Origin: a virus
Length of the DNA: 64,000 nucleotides
Reading direction: 5' to 3' (one strand)
Virus record (IMG/VR): IMGVR_UViG_3300012952_000020
Span: 1-64,000 of that record
The notes under the pieces were generated by a model. The model was not told the origin of the DNA. It was given only the letters and a program-made list of their open reading frames with translations, and searched no databases. Each line of letters starts with the position of its first letter. Position 1 is the stretch's first letter. Positions 27,529 to 36,412 of this stretch are shown in pieces. Both the position numbers and the translations under genes were made by a program.

Positions 27529-27896
27529 TTCGATGGCCTCGCACAGAGCACAGCCCCGTTCTCTCCATCCTCCGTCACCTTGACTACATAGGCTCGGTCC
27601 TCTCCCCACTGACTTGAACAATAGTCCAAGATCCACTGCGCCATCATTTCACACGACTTGCCGAGGGGCCAAGTGGGGTACGACTCTCCGATGAACGCAT
27701 CCAGCTTGTCGAGTGCGTACAGGTACTCTACATCCCGGTCGTCGTGAAACTGCTGGATTCGTACAGTGACGTGGAAGACGTGCCTGTGCATATTCCGAAG
27801 GTGCTCATGGGGATGACCTTCTGGTGCTCCTGCCCACTGGTGCATCCCTTTGAACCGCGTAGTGATCTCCGCGTAGCTTTCCGTTTTCATTCCCAT
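27525..27896 (-). CDS. QueD-like T-fold protein, DpdL (CDG decarboxylase)-type
   Basis: LRNMHRHVF (LxxxHRHxF), DRDVE, SCEMMA, VTEDGENGA; DpdL motif recalled from literature, not searched. Confidence 0.7.
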   Translation of the reverse strand: MGMKTESYAEITTRFKGMHQWAGAPEGHPHEHLRNMHRHVFHVTVRIQQFHDDRDVEYLYALDKLDAFIGESYPTWPLGKSCEMMAQWILDYCSSQWGEDRAYVVKVTEDGENGAVLCARPSK

Positions 27897-27897
27897 A

Positions 27898-28101
27898 TCA
27901 ATCGCCTCGCTTACAGGCTTCAAGCTCCTGCACTAATGCTGACATGTCCTCTACCGTTGCGAACGGGACTCGCTCGTCTGGACACTCGCAAACATGCTCC
28001 GGGGCGTTAGCCACGAACGAATGGAGAAGCCAGTACCCACTTACTGCCAAGATGACTGCCCCCAGCGTGAAGTGGATCTCAATGTCCCGTTTTGTACGCA
28101 C
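27898..28101 (-). CDS. Small membrane protein
   Basis: Single hydrophobic segment. Confidence 0.55.
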   Translation of the reverse strand: MRTKRDIEIHFTLGAVILAVSGYWLLHSFVANAPEHVCECPDERVPFATVEDMSALVQELEACKRGD

Positions 28102-28103
28102 AC

Positions 28104-29006
28104 CTACTCCTTCACCGGGAGCGAGTCTGACACGTACTGTTCAATCTCAAACTTTGGACGCCACCTGTAGACAATCGTGGCTGGTCTGGACGCTGGGTAG
28201 CACCACTCCTTCGGTACGCCTCCTGTCCTCTTTGTGACGTTGGCTGCGTATCCGAGTGACCGAACCAAATCTACAAGTTCGTCCGGCGAGTAGTGCTTGC
28301 CCTTACAGGCATTGATCACTGGCTTCGGCAACGACTTGGGTAGCTTCTCCGCAACGTCAGCTACGAGTGAAGCCACATCCTCAACCGACACCATGTCGAA
28401 CCGATCCAGTCCGTTCCTCTCAAACACTACTGGCGTGGAGTCGAGCGCAGCACTGATGACTGATTCAACGATTCCATATCGTGAGTCGATACGCTGCCCT
28501 TTGCCGTATACCACCTTGGGCAACCTGATCGATGCCCACGGTTGCTCCCCTTGGGACAGCATCTTTTCACAGATCAGCTTGCTCCGTGACGGCCAATCTA
28601 CTGCGTTGTCTCCGTTCACCTCATTGTGGGGGTCCAGCGAAGATGACGGTCCAGTGATGCTCGCCTCGGACAGCATAATCAAACTCGCTGCGGGGAGGTG
28701 GCACATCATCGCCGTGGTTATCGCCGTATCTACCGACACAATATCCATAGGTGGATCGTCCGTGAGCGACACGCCAGCACAGTTGATAGCCACTGCATAG
28801 GACGCTTGCACCTTCCAAGTCTCCGGCTTCGTTGCATCTACCAGCTTTACGGAAAGACGGTCATGTCCTTCCAGCCTGCCTTCCTGTCCTGTGCGTAGGT
28901 CATCCCACACCTCAACCCAATAGCCTCGCTCCAGTAGCTTACGCACTACAGCGGTGCCGATGAATCCCAGCCCTCCGATGACCAAAATAGGACGGGTACT
29001 ACCCAT
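28104..29006 (-). CDS. NAD-dependent epimerase/dehydratase-like protein
   Basis: LVIGGLGFIG, DDLRTG, VYGKGQ, RFDMVSVEDVA. Confidence 0.8.
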   Translation of the reverse strand: MGSTRPILVIGGLGFIGTAVVRKLLERGYWVEVWDDLRTGQEGRLEGHDRLSVKLVDATKPETWKVQASYAVAINCAGVSLTDDPPMDIVSVDTAITTAMMCHLPAASLIMLSEASITGPSSSLDPHNEVNGDNAVDWPSRSKLICEKMLSQGEQPWASIRLPKVVYGKGQRIDSRYGIVESVISAALDSTPVVFERNGLDRFDMVSVEDVASLVADVAEKLPKSLPKPVINACKGKHYSPDELVDLVRSLGYAANVTKRTGGVPKEWCYPASRPATIVYRWRPKFEIEQYVSDSLPVKE

Positions 29007-29559
29007 TCTTGCCTGCCTCGATAAGACGAAGGAACTCAGTCTTGTCGATTGACTCCGACGTTGGACGAATAGCGTGGGTACTGGTGTGCGTACCGTGAAC
29101 TTGCACCCCTCGCATAGACATGCACATGTGCTCCGCTGACAGGAAGACGGCCACACCCTTCGGGCGCAGCCTTTCCGTGATGTAGTCAGCGATCTGAACT
29201 GTCAGTCGTTCCTGCACTTGTGGGCGTGCCGCAAAGTGCTTGACCACCCGTGCAAACTTGGACAGCCCCACTACCCACTTGTCGGGGATGTACCCGATGT
29301 GTGCTACTCCGTGGAACGGAACAAGGTGGTGCTCGCACAAAGAGTAGAACGGGATGTGGGAAACCACGACCATTTGGTCACAGTCAACCCCATCCTGATC
29401 CTTCGGGAACACCGTCATCTTTGGTGGGTCATCGTCCAGTCGGATCAACTCGTCGTACATTTCAACTACACGGCGAGGTGTGTCCTTTAGTCCGATACGG
29501 TCGGGGTTCTCCCCCATACCCGCCAACAGGTTCCTGATTACATCCTCATCAATCGGCAT
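28999..29559 (-). CDS. folE: GTP cyclohydrolase I
   Basis: GLKDTPRR, SLCEHHLVPF, GLSK, QVQERLT, HMCMSMRG. Confidence 0.97.
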   Translation of the reverse strand: MPIDEDVIRNLLAGMGENPDRIGLKDTPRRVVEMYDELIRLDDDPPKMTVFPKDQDGVDCDQMVVVSHIPFYSLCEHHLVPFHGVAHIGYIPDKWVVGLSKFARVVKHFAARPQVQERLTVQIADYITERLRPKGVAVFLSAEHMCMSMRGVQVHGTHTSTHAIRPTSESIDKTEFLRLIEAGKNG

Positions 29560-29563
29560 GTCC

Positions 29564-30025
29564 TTACCCCTGTTGTCCGGGCTTGAACGCTCCCGCCGCG
29601 TTCTTGACGAACGCAGAGTCCAACATCAAACCTGTGTTGCGAAGGATCTCCCCGATGGTTCGCACCGAACTGATCTGGTCAGCCACATCCATAGCCATAC
29701 GCATGACCTCATGCGGAGTAGCCAAGTGGTGCAACTTCATGTCCTTCAAGTTGGTCACTGGGACGACCGTTCCGTTGTGCATCTGCACAAGGAGGACTGC
29801 GGTGTATGCTTCCGAATCCTCTGGAACGTCTGCCCCTGTTTCGATTGCGTCTGGACGGTTCCGGTTGGGGTCACTGTCACCCTCCGGTTTAGGAAGGGAC
29901 TCTGTGTCCACACCACCGGCACCCTCAAACCCCTCCGGGTTCGCTGGTTCCGCCTTCTGCTCTTTGCCCTCGGCCTTTGCTTGCGACTTTGATACCGGCT
30001 GATCGCCTTCTCGATAGTTACCCAT
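29564..30025 (-). CDS. Hypothetical protein
   Basis: GGAG RBS; in operon. Confidence 0.65.
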   Translation of the reverse strand: MGNYREGDQPVSKSQAKAEGKEQKAEPANPEGFEGAGGVDTESLPKPEGDSDPNRNRPDAIETGADVPEDSEAYTAVLLVQMHNGTVVPVTNLKDMKLHHLATPHEVMRMAMDVADQISSVRTIGEILRNTGLMLDSAFVKNAAGAFKPGQQG

Positions 30026-30344
30026 GTTCCATAGCTCCTGTAGTTTCGGTTGGAATAAATCGGTACAGCATCCCGTCTTGTGGCTCACAAGAAACCTCGG
30101 TCAACTGAACCCTGCGTTGTTGTTTTGTGGAATACAAAAAGTCAGTGAGGACCGTCCACATAGCCCACACCATTTCCTCTGCCGTGTACCGCTTTTCAAC
30201 CATAGACGGCCAATACTTTTGGGCAATCTCTCCAAGGTCTACGTCGAGGATACGCTGCTCGTCTGACAGTTCCTCGCACGACAAAACGACATGGAAAGTT
30301 GCCCTTGGTTTGTCAAGATGTATCGCCTGCTCCAGAACGTGCAT
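30018..30344 (-). CDS. Hypothetical protein, possibly a degenerate T-fold (QueD-like)
   Basis: TAATG coupling to queE; YTAEEMV and LTEVSCE weakly resemble QueD. Confidence 0.5.
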   Translation of the reverse strand: MHVLEQAIHLDKPRATFHVVLSCEELSDEQRILDVDLGEIAQKYWPSMVEKRYTAEEMVWAMWTVLTDFLYSTKQQRRVQLTEVSCEPQDGMLYRFIPTETTGAMEHG

Positions 30345-31036
30345 TACGGTACTCCCATAATCTTGTGCGTCTGGAGACTGATTCTCCACGATGGGTTGTC
30401 CCTGATGAACGCAAGACACGCCCGCAGATGCAACTGCTGACGTGTGGGATGCTGACAGTCTGTAGGCTGCACGAATCGCTCCGTGGCGTAGGTTTCCCAA
30501 TCCAGTGGGTTGGCTGTTCCGGGTGTGGCATCGTACACAACCTTCACCTCATGGTACGGCTGGTCAACCACTGGCATGGGAGGCTTCGGTGACAAGACCA
30601 CCCAATCCAAGCCCTCGGGGAGAGCCTTTGATCCGTTTGTCTCGACGTGGATCTGACAGCCGACCTTCTTCATCGCCTTCACCAGATTGTCGTCCAGTTG
30701 AAGGGACGGTTCGCCGCCCGTACACACCACAAGGGGAGGACCGTGGAGCCGCTGCTCCGCATCTCCGTTCTTCACCCAAAGACCCATAATCACATCGGTC
30801 AACTCCTCGGCTGTGTACTTGCCTCCGAGTGTTCCGTCAGTGCCTACAAAGTCCGTGTCACACCAACGAGCGCAAACACCCTTCTCCGCTGCCTTCTGTC
30901 TGTCCTCATGCTTACCGCTCCAAATGTTGCAGCCAGCAAACCGGACAAAGATTGCCACGGAGCCTGTGTGATGCCCTTCGCCTTGCAGTGTGAGGAAGAC
31001 CTCCTTTACCGCGTACTTTTTCTCCCGTTTTGCCAT
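30344..31036 (-). CDS. queE: 7-carboxy-7-deazaguanine synthase (radical SAM)
   Basis: EVFLTLQGEG, FVRFAGC..C..WCDTDF, TGGEP, ETNGS, SPK, SLQTHK. Confidence 0.96.
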   Translation of the reverse strand: MAKREKKYAVKEVFLTLQGEGHHTGSVAIFVRFAGCNIWSGKHEDRQKAAEKGVCARWCDTDFVGTDGTLGGKYTAEELTDVIMGLWVKNGDAEQRLHGPPLVVCTGGEPSLQLDDNLVKAMKKVGCQIHVETNGSKALPEGLDWVVLSPKPPMPVVDQPYHEVKVVYDATPGTANPLDWETYATERFVQPTDCQHPTRQQLHLRACLAFIRDNPSWRISLQTHKIMGVP

Positions 31037-31243
31037 GTCTTATCCTGTGTCAACTGTAGTCTCGCAAGTACACGATGACCGACGCTCCTACCAATAATCC
31101 TAAAATGAAACTCATTTCTCGCACCGTTTACAGATTCGGGTCTTCACCCAAACGCCTACCACCGTGGATGATCCTGCCAGCCAAGGCCAGATCATGTGCT
31201 CCCCACAGCCACCTCCGAACAAATGAAATACGTGCTCCATACC

Positions 31244-31714
31244 TCAATAAATCCTTGCACTGTTTTTGTCGTTCTCACGAACCTCAACTGAATGAAGCCA
31301 CACGCGACCGCCTGTTTCCTGTAGAAGCCAGTCATCGACCCACTTCTTGACAAACTCACAGGTTCCTTCCATGCCCACATCCTCGTACACTACGAGTTTG
31401 CAAGCACCCTTGGATTCCAGTTCCCTAAACTGTGGTATCAGCGGGTCGTCAGAATCCAAAAGCAACGTGTGATCGAACACGTCCTCCAGCCACGCTTTGA
31501 CAGCCTTCAGTTTCCCGAAGTCCATAACGAAGCCGTTTTCTGTTCGCTCCTTGGCACGAAACCAAAAGGTGAAACTTCTGCTGTACCCATGCACCAAAGC
31601 ACAATGGTCACTGTGCTTGTGGCGGCGATGAGCACAAGGAAAGTTCCTGAACGTCTTTGACGACTCTATCACTGGGTGGTCGCTTGACTCGCTTCTTTTG
31701 CCCGTCAGCCACAT
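31244..31714 (-). CDS. queD: 6-carboxytetrahydropterin synthase (start uncertain, possibly GTG 31672)
   Basis: CAHR, HCALVHGY, GFVMDFG, FDHTLL, VEVRE. Confidence 0.92.
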   Translation of the reverse strand: MWLTGKRSESSDHPVIESSKTFRNFPCAHRRHKHSDHCALVHGYSRSFTFWFRAKERTENGFVMDFGKLKAVKAWLEDVFDHTLLLDSDDPLIPQFRELESKGACKLVVYEDVGMEGTCEFVKKWVDDWLLQETGGRVWLHSVEVRENDKNSARIY

Positions 31715-31796
31715 ACCGAATCGCCTGCACTGCTTTTCGTACCATAACACCACCTTTGCGAGATCCCTCGCACTCTCCCTGTCGTGGACCACATGA

Positions 31797-32105
31797 TCAC
31801 CGCCCAACATGGACGTACACCTTGATGGCCGTCTTCTTGTCGGTTCCGACCATTTCATCGGAGAAGCCGCAGGTAAACCACAGGTCCAAGCCCGAGGTAG
31901 CTGCCATGCCCCTTCCGATAGCCATAGACTTCATCATCTGGTTCACGGCACCTGCGCCGATTGCGATGAGTGAAACCTTTGCCCGCTCATTGATGTACTT
32001 CACCATAGCCCCCGCTACTGACGTAGCGTTGGAGCCTCCGGCTACACGTAGCGTGATCTCTTCCCCGCGCCTTGCGGGTTCTGCTCTATTTGGACTCGTC
32101 ATCAT
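31797..32105 (-). CDS. spoVS: SpoVS-like protein
   Basis: LRVAGGSNATSVAGAM..AIGAGAVNQMMKSMAIGRG. Confidence 0.85.
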   Translation of the reverse strand: MMTSPNRAEPARRGEEITLRVAGGSNATSVAGAMVKYINERAKVSLIAIGAGAVNQMMKSMAIGRGMAATSGLDLWFTCGFSDEMVGTDKKTAIKVYVHVGR

Positions 32106-32578
32106 GATCTCCCGTATTCAGACGTTCTTCGGGTTAGTTCCCTACTAATAGCCTGGTACTTCTTCTCGTAGCCCCAATGAAGGGCTGACAGGACTTTGAG
32201 GTCGGCACGAAGACGAGCAGCCTTTTTCTGCTTTGTCCTCACCGCTCTCGATGCGCCCGTCATGTGACGACGATCCGTAACCGTGGTTTCCGTAGACATG
32301 GAATACCGAGCATCAAACTCCTGCTCGGCTTCGACTGACGCGATGGTGGTCGCGCCGTCGAGTATTGAAACTTGAAACTGACTGTACGAAGCCATAGCCG
32401 CCCAATACGACAGGTGCTCGCCCAACTCGTCTGCGGAAATGTCTCCCAATGACTCGGGAAAAGACTTCACATCCTTGGGTCGATCCGGCACGGGCATCCC
32501 CGCTGCCTTGGCTATTGCCACTGCCCTATCGTGCTCGCCTTCTACGAAAGCTGCCGCTATGTCCGATACAGTCGTCAC
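32102..32578 (-). CDS. Helical hypothetical protein (possible recombination mediator)
   Basis: Coiled-coil character, ends ISRELTRR; context. Confidence 0.55.
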   Translation of the reverse strand: MTTVSDIAAAFVEGEHDRAVAIAKAAGMPVPDRPKDVKSFPESLGDISADELGEHLSYWAAMASYSQFQVSILDGATTIASVEAEQEFDARYSMSTETTVTDRRHMTGASRAVRTKQKKAARLRADLKVLSALHWGYEKKYQAISRELTRRTSEYGRS

Positions 32579-32817
32579 TATCTTTTCTCCCTTCGTGGGT
32601 CATTCGCATTGAGGTATTCCAAAGACACGCCGAGAAGGTCATACCAACGGTTGACCTCGTACATATCGCCCTTTCGTAGTGCGCCTTGCAACTCAGTTAT
32701 CCTGCTTTGCGCCTCAATGGTTTCGTCCTTGAACGCACCATCACGCTTCCGCTTTGTCGGCTGCCGCTTGTCTGCGCTGAACGCTCCACTGTATCCATTC
32801 GATGTACTACTCATCAC
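32578..32817 (-). CDS. Hypothetical protein
   Basis: 79 aa, coupled. Confidence 0.55.
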   Translation of the reverse strand: MMSSTSNGYSGAFSADKRQPTKRKRDGAFKDETIEAQSRITELQGALRKGDMYEVNRWYDLLGVSLEYLNANDPRREKR

Positions 32818-33793
32818 AACCTCTCACGCCACTTGCTTCAACCCAACCTTGTCTACCAGCTCCAAGTTCCCAACACGCAGAAACACCTTGGCACCGCTTG
32901 GCACGTTCTGACCTTGGGGTTTTGCACTCGGGGATTCTGACAGGGAGTTCCTCTTTTGCCAAAGCCTCTCTGTACTCGTCAATGCGAGCGTACAGACCAG
33001 CCAGCACCTCGGGATTGGTATTGCTCCAATAGTGCTTCTCAACACTGGTGTTCTTGTTGACGTAGATATTCCAGCCGCCTGTTGGCTTCTGGATTTCCTT
33101 GGGCCAACCCGGATTGAACGTGCCGTCCACGGTCAGGTTGGTTGGAACGCCTGACAGATACAACTGCAACTGTCGAGCGTGGGTGACTTTCGGCTCCTGT
33201 AGGAACCCGAACCCACGGTCGTTGATGGACTTGACCTCAACCAAAGCCGTAGACCCATCCTCCAATACGATGATGCCATCGCAGTGACCGCCGATGTTGT
33301 ATTCCTCATTCCACATGGCGGGTTCCACGTAGGTCCAATCTGGACCCGGCATGAACCCAATCACAGGTTCCGGCATCTTGCCCATTACAAGAGCGTCCAT
33401 CAGTGCCGTTTCGCCCGGAACCCACTTGCCCCACAGAAGACCTGCGGGACCGAGTACCTTGTGCTGGTACATCCAATGAACGCCGTGACCCATGTTGAAG
33501 ATCCTCATCAACCGTGGGTCAGGATAATCCTTCCCTCCAAGCAACGAAGCCCCTGCTCCACCCTTTGATTCGGGCTTCGACAGATGCGCCAGTGCCTTGA
33601 AGCGTGGACACAACCCGCTGCTCACCTCGGATGGGTGAAACACGTCCTTGTCGTGCCAATCGGGATCGAACTTGGGTGCTCTCGCTGCACGAAGCAGGTG
33701 AGTGTCCAAAGTTTGAACTATAGAGTCCGGCTCGCCTACTTTATCGGCTGTAGCCTTGACCTTCCTAATAAGGTCTTTCAGTGCCATTGTCAT
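32807..33793 (-). CDS. Cas4-like PD-(D/E)xK exonuclease
   Basis: FHPS..CPR, GHCDG, VEVKS, QLQLY, C-terminal cysteines. Confidence 0.85.
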   Translation of the reverse strand: MTMALKDLIRKVKATADKVGEPDSIVQTLDTHLLRAARAPKFDPDWHDKDVFHPSEVSSGLCPRFKALAHLSKPESKGGAGASLLGGKDYPDPRLMRIFNMGHGVHWMYQHKVLGPAGLLWGKWVPGETALMDALVMGKMPEPVIGFMPGPDWTYVEPAMWNEEYNIGGHCDGIIVLEDGSTALVEVKSINDRGFGFLQEPKVTHARQLQLYLSGVPTNLTVDGTFNPGWPKEIQKPTGGWNIYVNKNTSVEKHYWSNTNPEVLAGLYARIDEYREALAKEELPVRIPECKTPRSERAKRCQGVSACWELGAGRQGWVEASGVRGCDE

Positions 33794-33838
33794 TCTCCGT
33801 GTCTGATACTGTGTCTAATAGAGCGTGACTGTGAAAAT

Positions 33839-33867
33839 ACAGTATTACGCCCAACTTGGTTTGTCAA
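33839..33867 (-). promoter_or_regulatory. Sigma70-like promoter
   Basis: TTGACA-N17-TACTGT. Confidence 0.65.
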
Positions 33868-33888
33868 GATCCTTGTGAACATAGGACA

Positions 33889-33918
33889 AGCCCCGCCCCT
33901 CTTTCAAGGGACGGAGCC
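33889..33918 (-). terminator. Terminator-like hairpin
   Basis: GGCTCCGTCCCT-TGAAAG-AGGGGCGGGGCT; weak U-tract. Confidence 0.45.
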
Positions 33919-33926
33919 TCTAACTG

Positions 33927-34277
33927 TCACAGGGTGCGCTTCTCCGTGTGCTTATTGTACGCATCGAAGCTAACGTCGAGCCAAAGATCCTGCGCTGGTG
34001 GGATGCCCTCCTTGAACCTGCGAGCGGGTTTCACGTCCGGCTTGACTGCAATCAGCCATTGGGTTCGGAGGTGACTATCTACTCGCCTGCCTGCCACATG
34101 GTCGTGGGGCATGGACATTTGAAGGAGGTGTACTCCATCCGGGTCGAGGACTGCTGCCAGCTTGTCGATGCAAGCCGAACGATTCCTCGATTGACCTGCC
34201 TGCGAATCAAACGCAGCGTCCTTCGCCAACGCTAAAATGCCTTCTGTGGTTGTTACCACGCACGTCTTCGGTTTCAT
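33927..34277 (-). CDS. Hypothetical protein
   Basis: 116 aa, AGGAG RBS. Confidence 0.65.
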   Translation of the reverse strand: MKPKTCVVTTTEGILALAKDAAFDSQAGQSRNRSACIDKLAAVLDPDGVHLLQMSMPHDHVAGRRVDSHLRTQWLIAVKPDVKPARRFKEGIPPAQDLWLDVSFDAYNKHTEKRTL

Positions 34278-34286
34278 CCGTTTCTC

Positions 34287-35315
34287 CTATGCTGCCGCAC
34301 GCCAGAACGAATCCGGCTTGGTGATGAGAGAACCACCGAACCGTTCGATCTCCAGACGGTCGTCGTAACTCTCGACGTTCTGTGCAGCCCGTGTAAACGC
34401 ATTGATGATCCCGAACCGATTGTCCTCCGGTTCCGCGTTGAAGGCAAGCAGCACGGCATCCGTCGCACGCTTGCTGTACTTGGACTTCTTCGTCAGCTTG
34501 CGAATAACGTCTTCCGGCTTCTCGATCTTTTCCTCTCGGGACTTCAACATGCGGTCCAACAACTGATCGCCACTGCGGAAGGCGTAGTTGATAGACTGTG
34601 TGAGCGCATACTTCACGTAGTCCACGTTCACATGCTGGTGCCGTTGACGAATCATCCTGTCCACGACAACCTGTGCGTCGTTGGTACAGGACTGACGGAA
34701 GATGAACGGTTCGCATGAGAGCATACGAGCACCGACCTCCGAGTTGCCGATGGTGAACCCAACCTTCAACTCCATTCCGTTGCCGCCCGGTGACGGGTCT
34801 GGAATCGACAGGTCATCGCACGTCACCTTCAAGTAGAACTGCTTGTCCGATACCGAGTAGCTACGGATGGTGTGCGAGAACTTGCCCTCGGTGAGATCGT
34901 GTACGATTCCCACTATGTCCTTGTCATCAATGACCGAGTAGGAATCAGACAAGAACCCACGAACGGCACGACCTTTGGCTCGCACCAGAAAGTTGGAGGA
35001 CTTGCGACTGGTCATCGCCCGACTGGTCATCTGCGCCAACCCGTGATTGAGCATAGCGTCCGACAACGCAGGCTTGGTGTCCCTGACCTTTCGGTAGTAC
35101 CCGACCGGAACATCCATCCGACCGCAAACCTGACCCTCGGCATGTTCGGTCAACGCAAAGTGCTTGAACTGCTGTGGGCCTTGGGGCGAAGCCGTTACCA
35201 ACTCACCCTCCTTGAATGTCATGTCCAATGCCTTGGACTCAAAATCGAACTTGTGGGTGTCGTTCGACTTGATTGAAGCGGCTACGGTTTCCCATGAGCC
35301 TGATCCGTAATACAT
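34287..35315 (-). CDS. DUF932-like protein
   Basis: VRGFLSDSY, NSEVG, FRQSCTN, GIINAFTRAAQ. Confidence 0.75.
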   Translation of the reverse strand: MYYGSGSWETVAASIKSNDTHKFDFESKALDMTFKEGELVTASPQGPQQFKHFALTEHAEGQVCGRMDVPVGYYRKVRDTKPALSDAMLNHGLAQMTSRAMTSRKSSNFLVRAKGRAVRGFLSDSYSVIDDKDIVGIVHDLTEGKFSHTIRSYSVSDKQFYLKVTCDDLSIPDPSPGGNGMELKVGFTIGNSEVGARMLSCEPFIFRQSCTNDAQVVVDRMIRQRHQHVNVDYVKYALTQSINYAFRSGDQLLDRMLKSREEKIEKPEDVIRKLTKKSKYSKRATDAVLLAFNAEPEDNRFGIINAFTRAAQNVESYDDRLEIERFGGSLITKPDSFWRAAA

Positions 35316-35447
35316 ATCTATCTCCTGTGTCTTATGACGTGACTGGTTCAGTTTTGACGGGTTTGTCAATAACCGATGCCCGAAGGCGTGTGGGCTTTCC
35401 ACCCCACTCGAAGGCTTGGTACAGGTGCCTCGAACCTGTTTGGCTGA

Positions 35448-36395
35448 TTAGCCGTTGACGACCATCGCCTCGTCAGCCTCCTCCGACTCCTCACCGTCGT
35501 CGAAGTCACTGGCTCCCTCTGCGTCATACGCATCGACCATGTACTCGAACACTTGGTTGAGGTGCTGGAGGTCATCGACGGGGAGCGAAAGCCAGTCAAT
35601 CGCACGAACCGCTTGGATCGACAATCCCGACAACTTCTCGTCCGTCACGCCCTTGGCGATGAGGTCACACAGGGACGTGAGGATGGACGCCGCGATCTCC
35701 GTGGGGTTCACATCATCCACGTCATCCGCTTCGACCATGTCGTCCTCAAGATCCTCGTCGTCCAGCGCCTCGGGGTTGTTCGCCGCATCAATGCGTGCCA
35801 ACTCCTTGTCCACCAGATCCGACAACTTGGTGACGGTAAGCCCAGCGGCAATATCAATGAACCGCTCCTGCTTGTCCTCGGGCAACTCGGAAATCTTCCG
35901 AGCCTGATTCACAGTGACACGTTCTTCGGCAACCGCCTGCTGAACGTCCTCGCTGTACTCCAGAAGTGCGAGCCGCTGCGTGTACAGCGTCTTGCTCCAA
36001 CCGAGGGACTCGATGACTTCCTTCTCAAGCATCCCGGCGTCCAGAAGACGACGAGCACCGTGAGACTCTTCCATCGGGTTGAGGTTTCGACGAGTCACGT
36101 TCTCCTGCAAGTTGAGCAGAATCAACGCTCCCGCGTCCGTCTTGGTGGGGTACACCATAGCCGGTACGGACTCGACGCCGATCTCGGTTGCCGCTGCAAA
36201 GCGACGGAATCCGTAGACCAGAGCGTACTTGCCGCCCCGCTTCTTCTGGACACCGATGGGGGTCTGGACTCCGATGCTCCCGATGGAAGCAACGAGATCG
36301 CTCACGTCACCCACTTCGGTACGAGCGTTGAAGCCCGAATCCACTTTGATGTCACTAAGGTTGATGGTTTCCTGTACTGGATTGATTGTAGCCAT
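35448..36395 (-). CDS. ParB/Spo0J-like protein
   Basis: FNAR, LVASIGSIGVQTPI, YGFRRF, LQENVTRRNLNPMEE, HTH. Confidence 0.9.
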   Translation of the reverse strand: MATINPVQETINLSDIKVDSGFNARTEVGDVSDLVASIGSIGVQTPIGVQKKRGGKYALVYGFRRFAAATEIGVESVPAMVYPTKTDAGALILLNLQENVTRRNLNPMEESHGARRLLDAGMLEKEVIESLGWSKTLYTQRLALLEYSEDVQQAVAEERVTVNQARKISELPEDKQERFIDIAAGLTVTKLSDLVDKELARIDAANNPEALDDEDLEDDMVEADDVDDVNPTEIAASILTSLCDLIAKGVTDEKLSGLSIQAVRAIDWLSLPVDDLQHLNQVFEYMVDAYDAEGASDFDDGEESEEADEAMVVNG

Positions 36396-36412
36396 GTCGG
36401 TCTACTCCTATG

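Noticed and set aside
31040-31240. Possible tRNA or preQ1 riboswitch between queD and queE
   Set aside because: No cloverleaf or riboswitch consensus; two tiny ORFs (about 42 and 21 aa) could fill it but are too weak to list.
28999-31714. folE/queD/queE as auxiliary genes for host tRNA queuosine
   Set aside because: Disfavoured, not excluded: no queC/queF/queA is present and the linked TGT-fold gene is of the divergent phage type.
32807-33793. CRISPR-Cas association of the Cas4-like gene
   Set aside because: No repeat-spacer array or other cas genes seen; solo Cas4-like nucleases are common in phage recombination modules.
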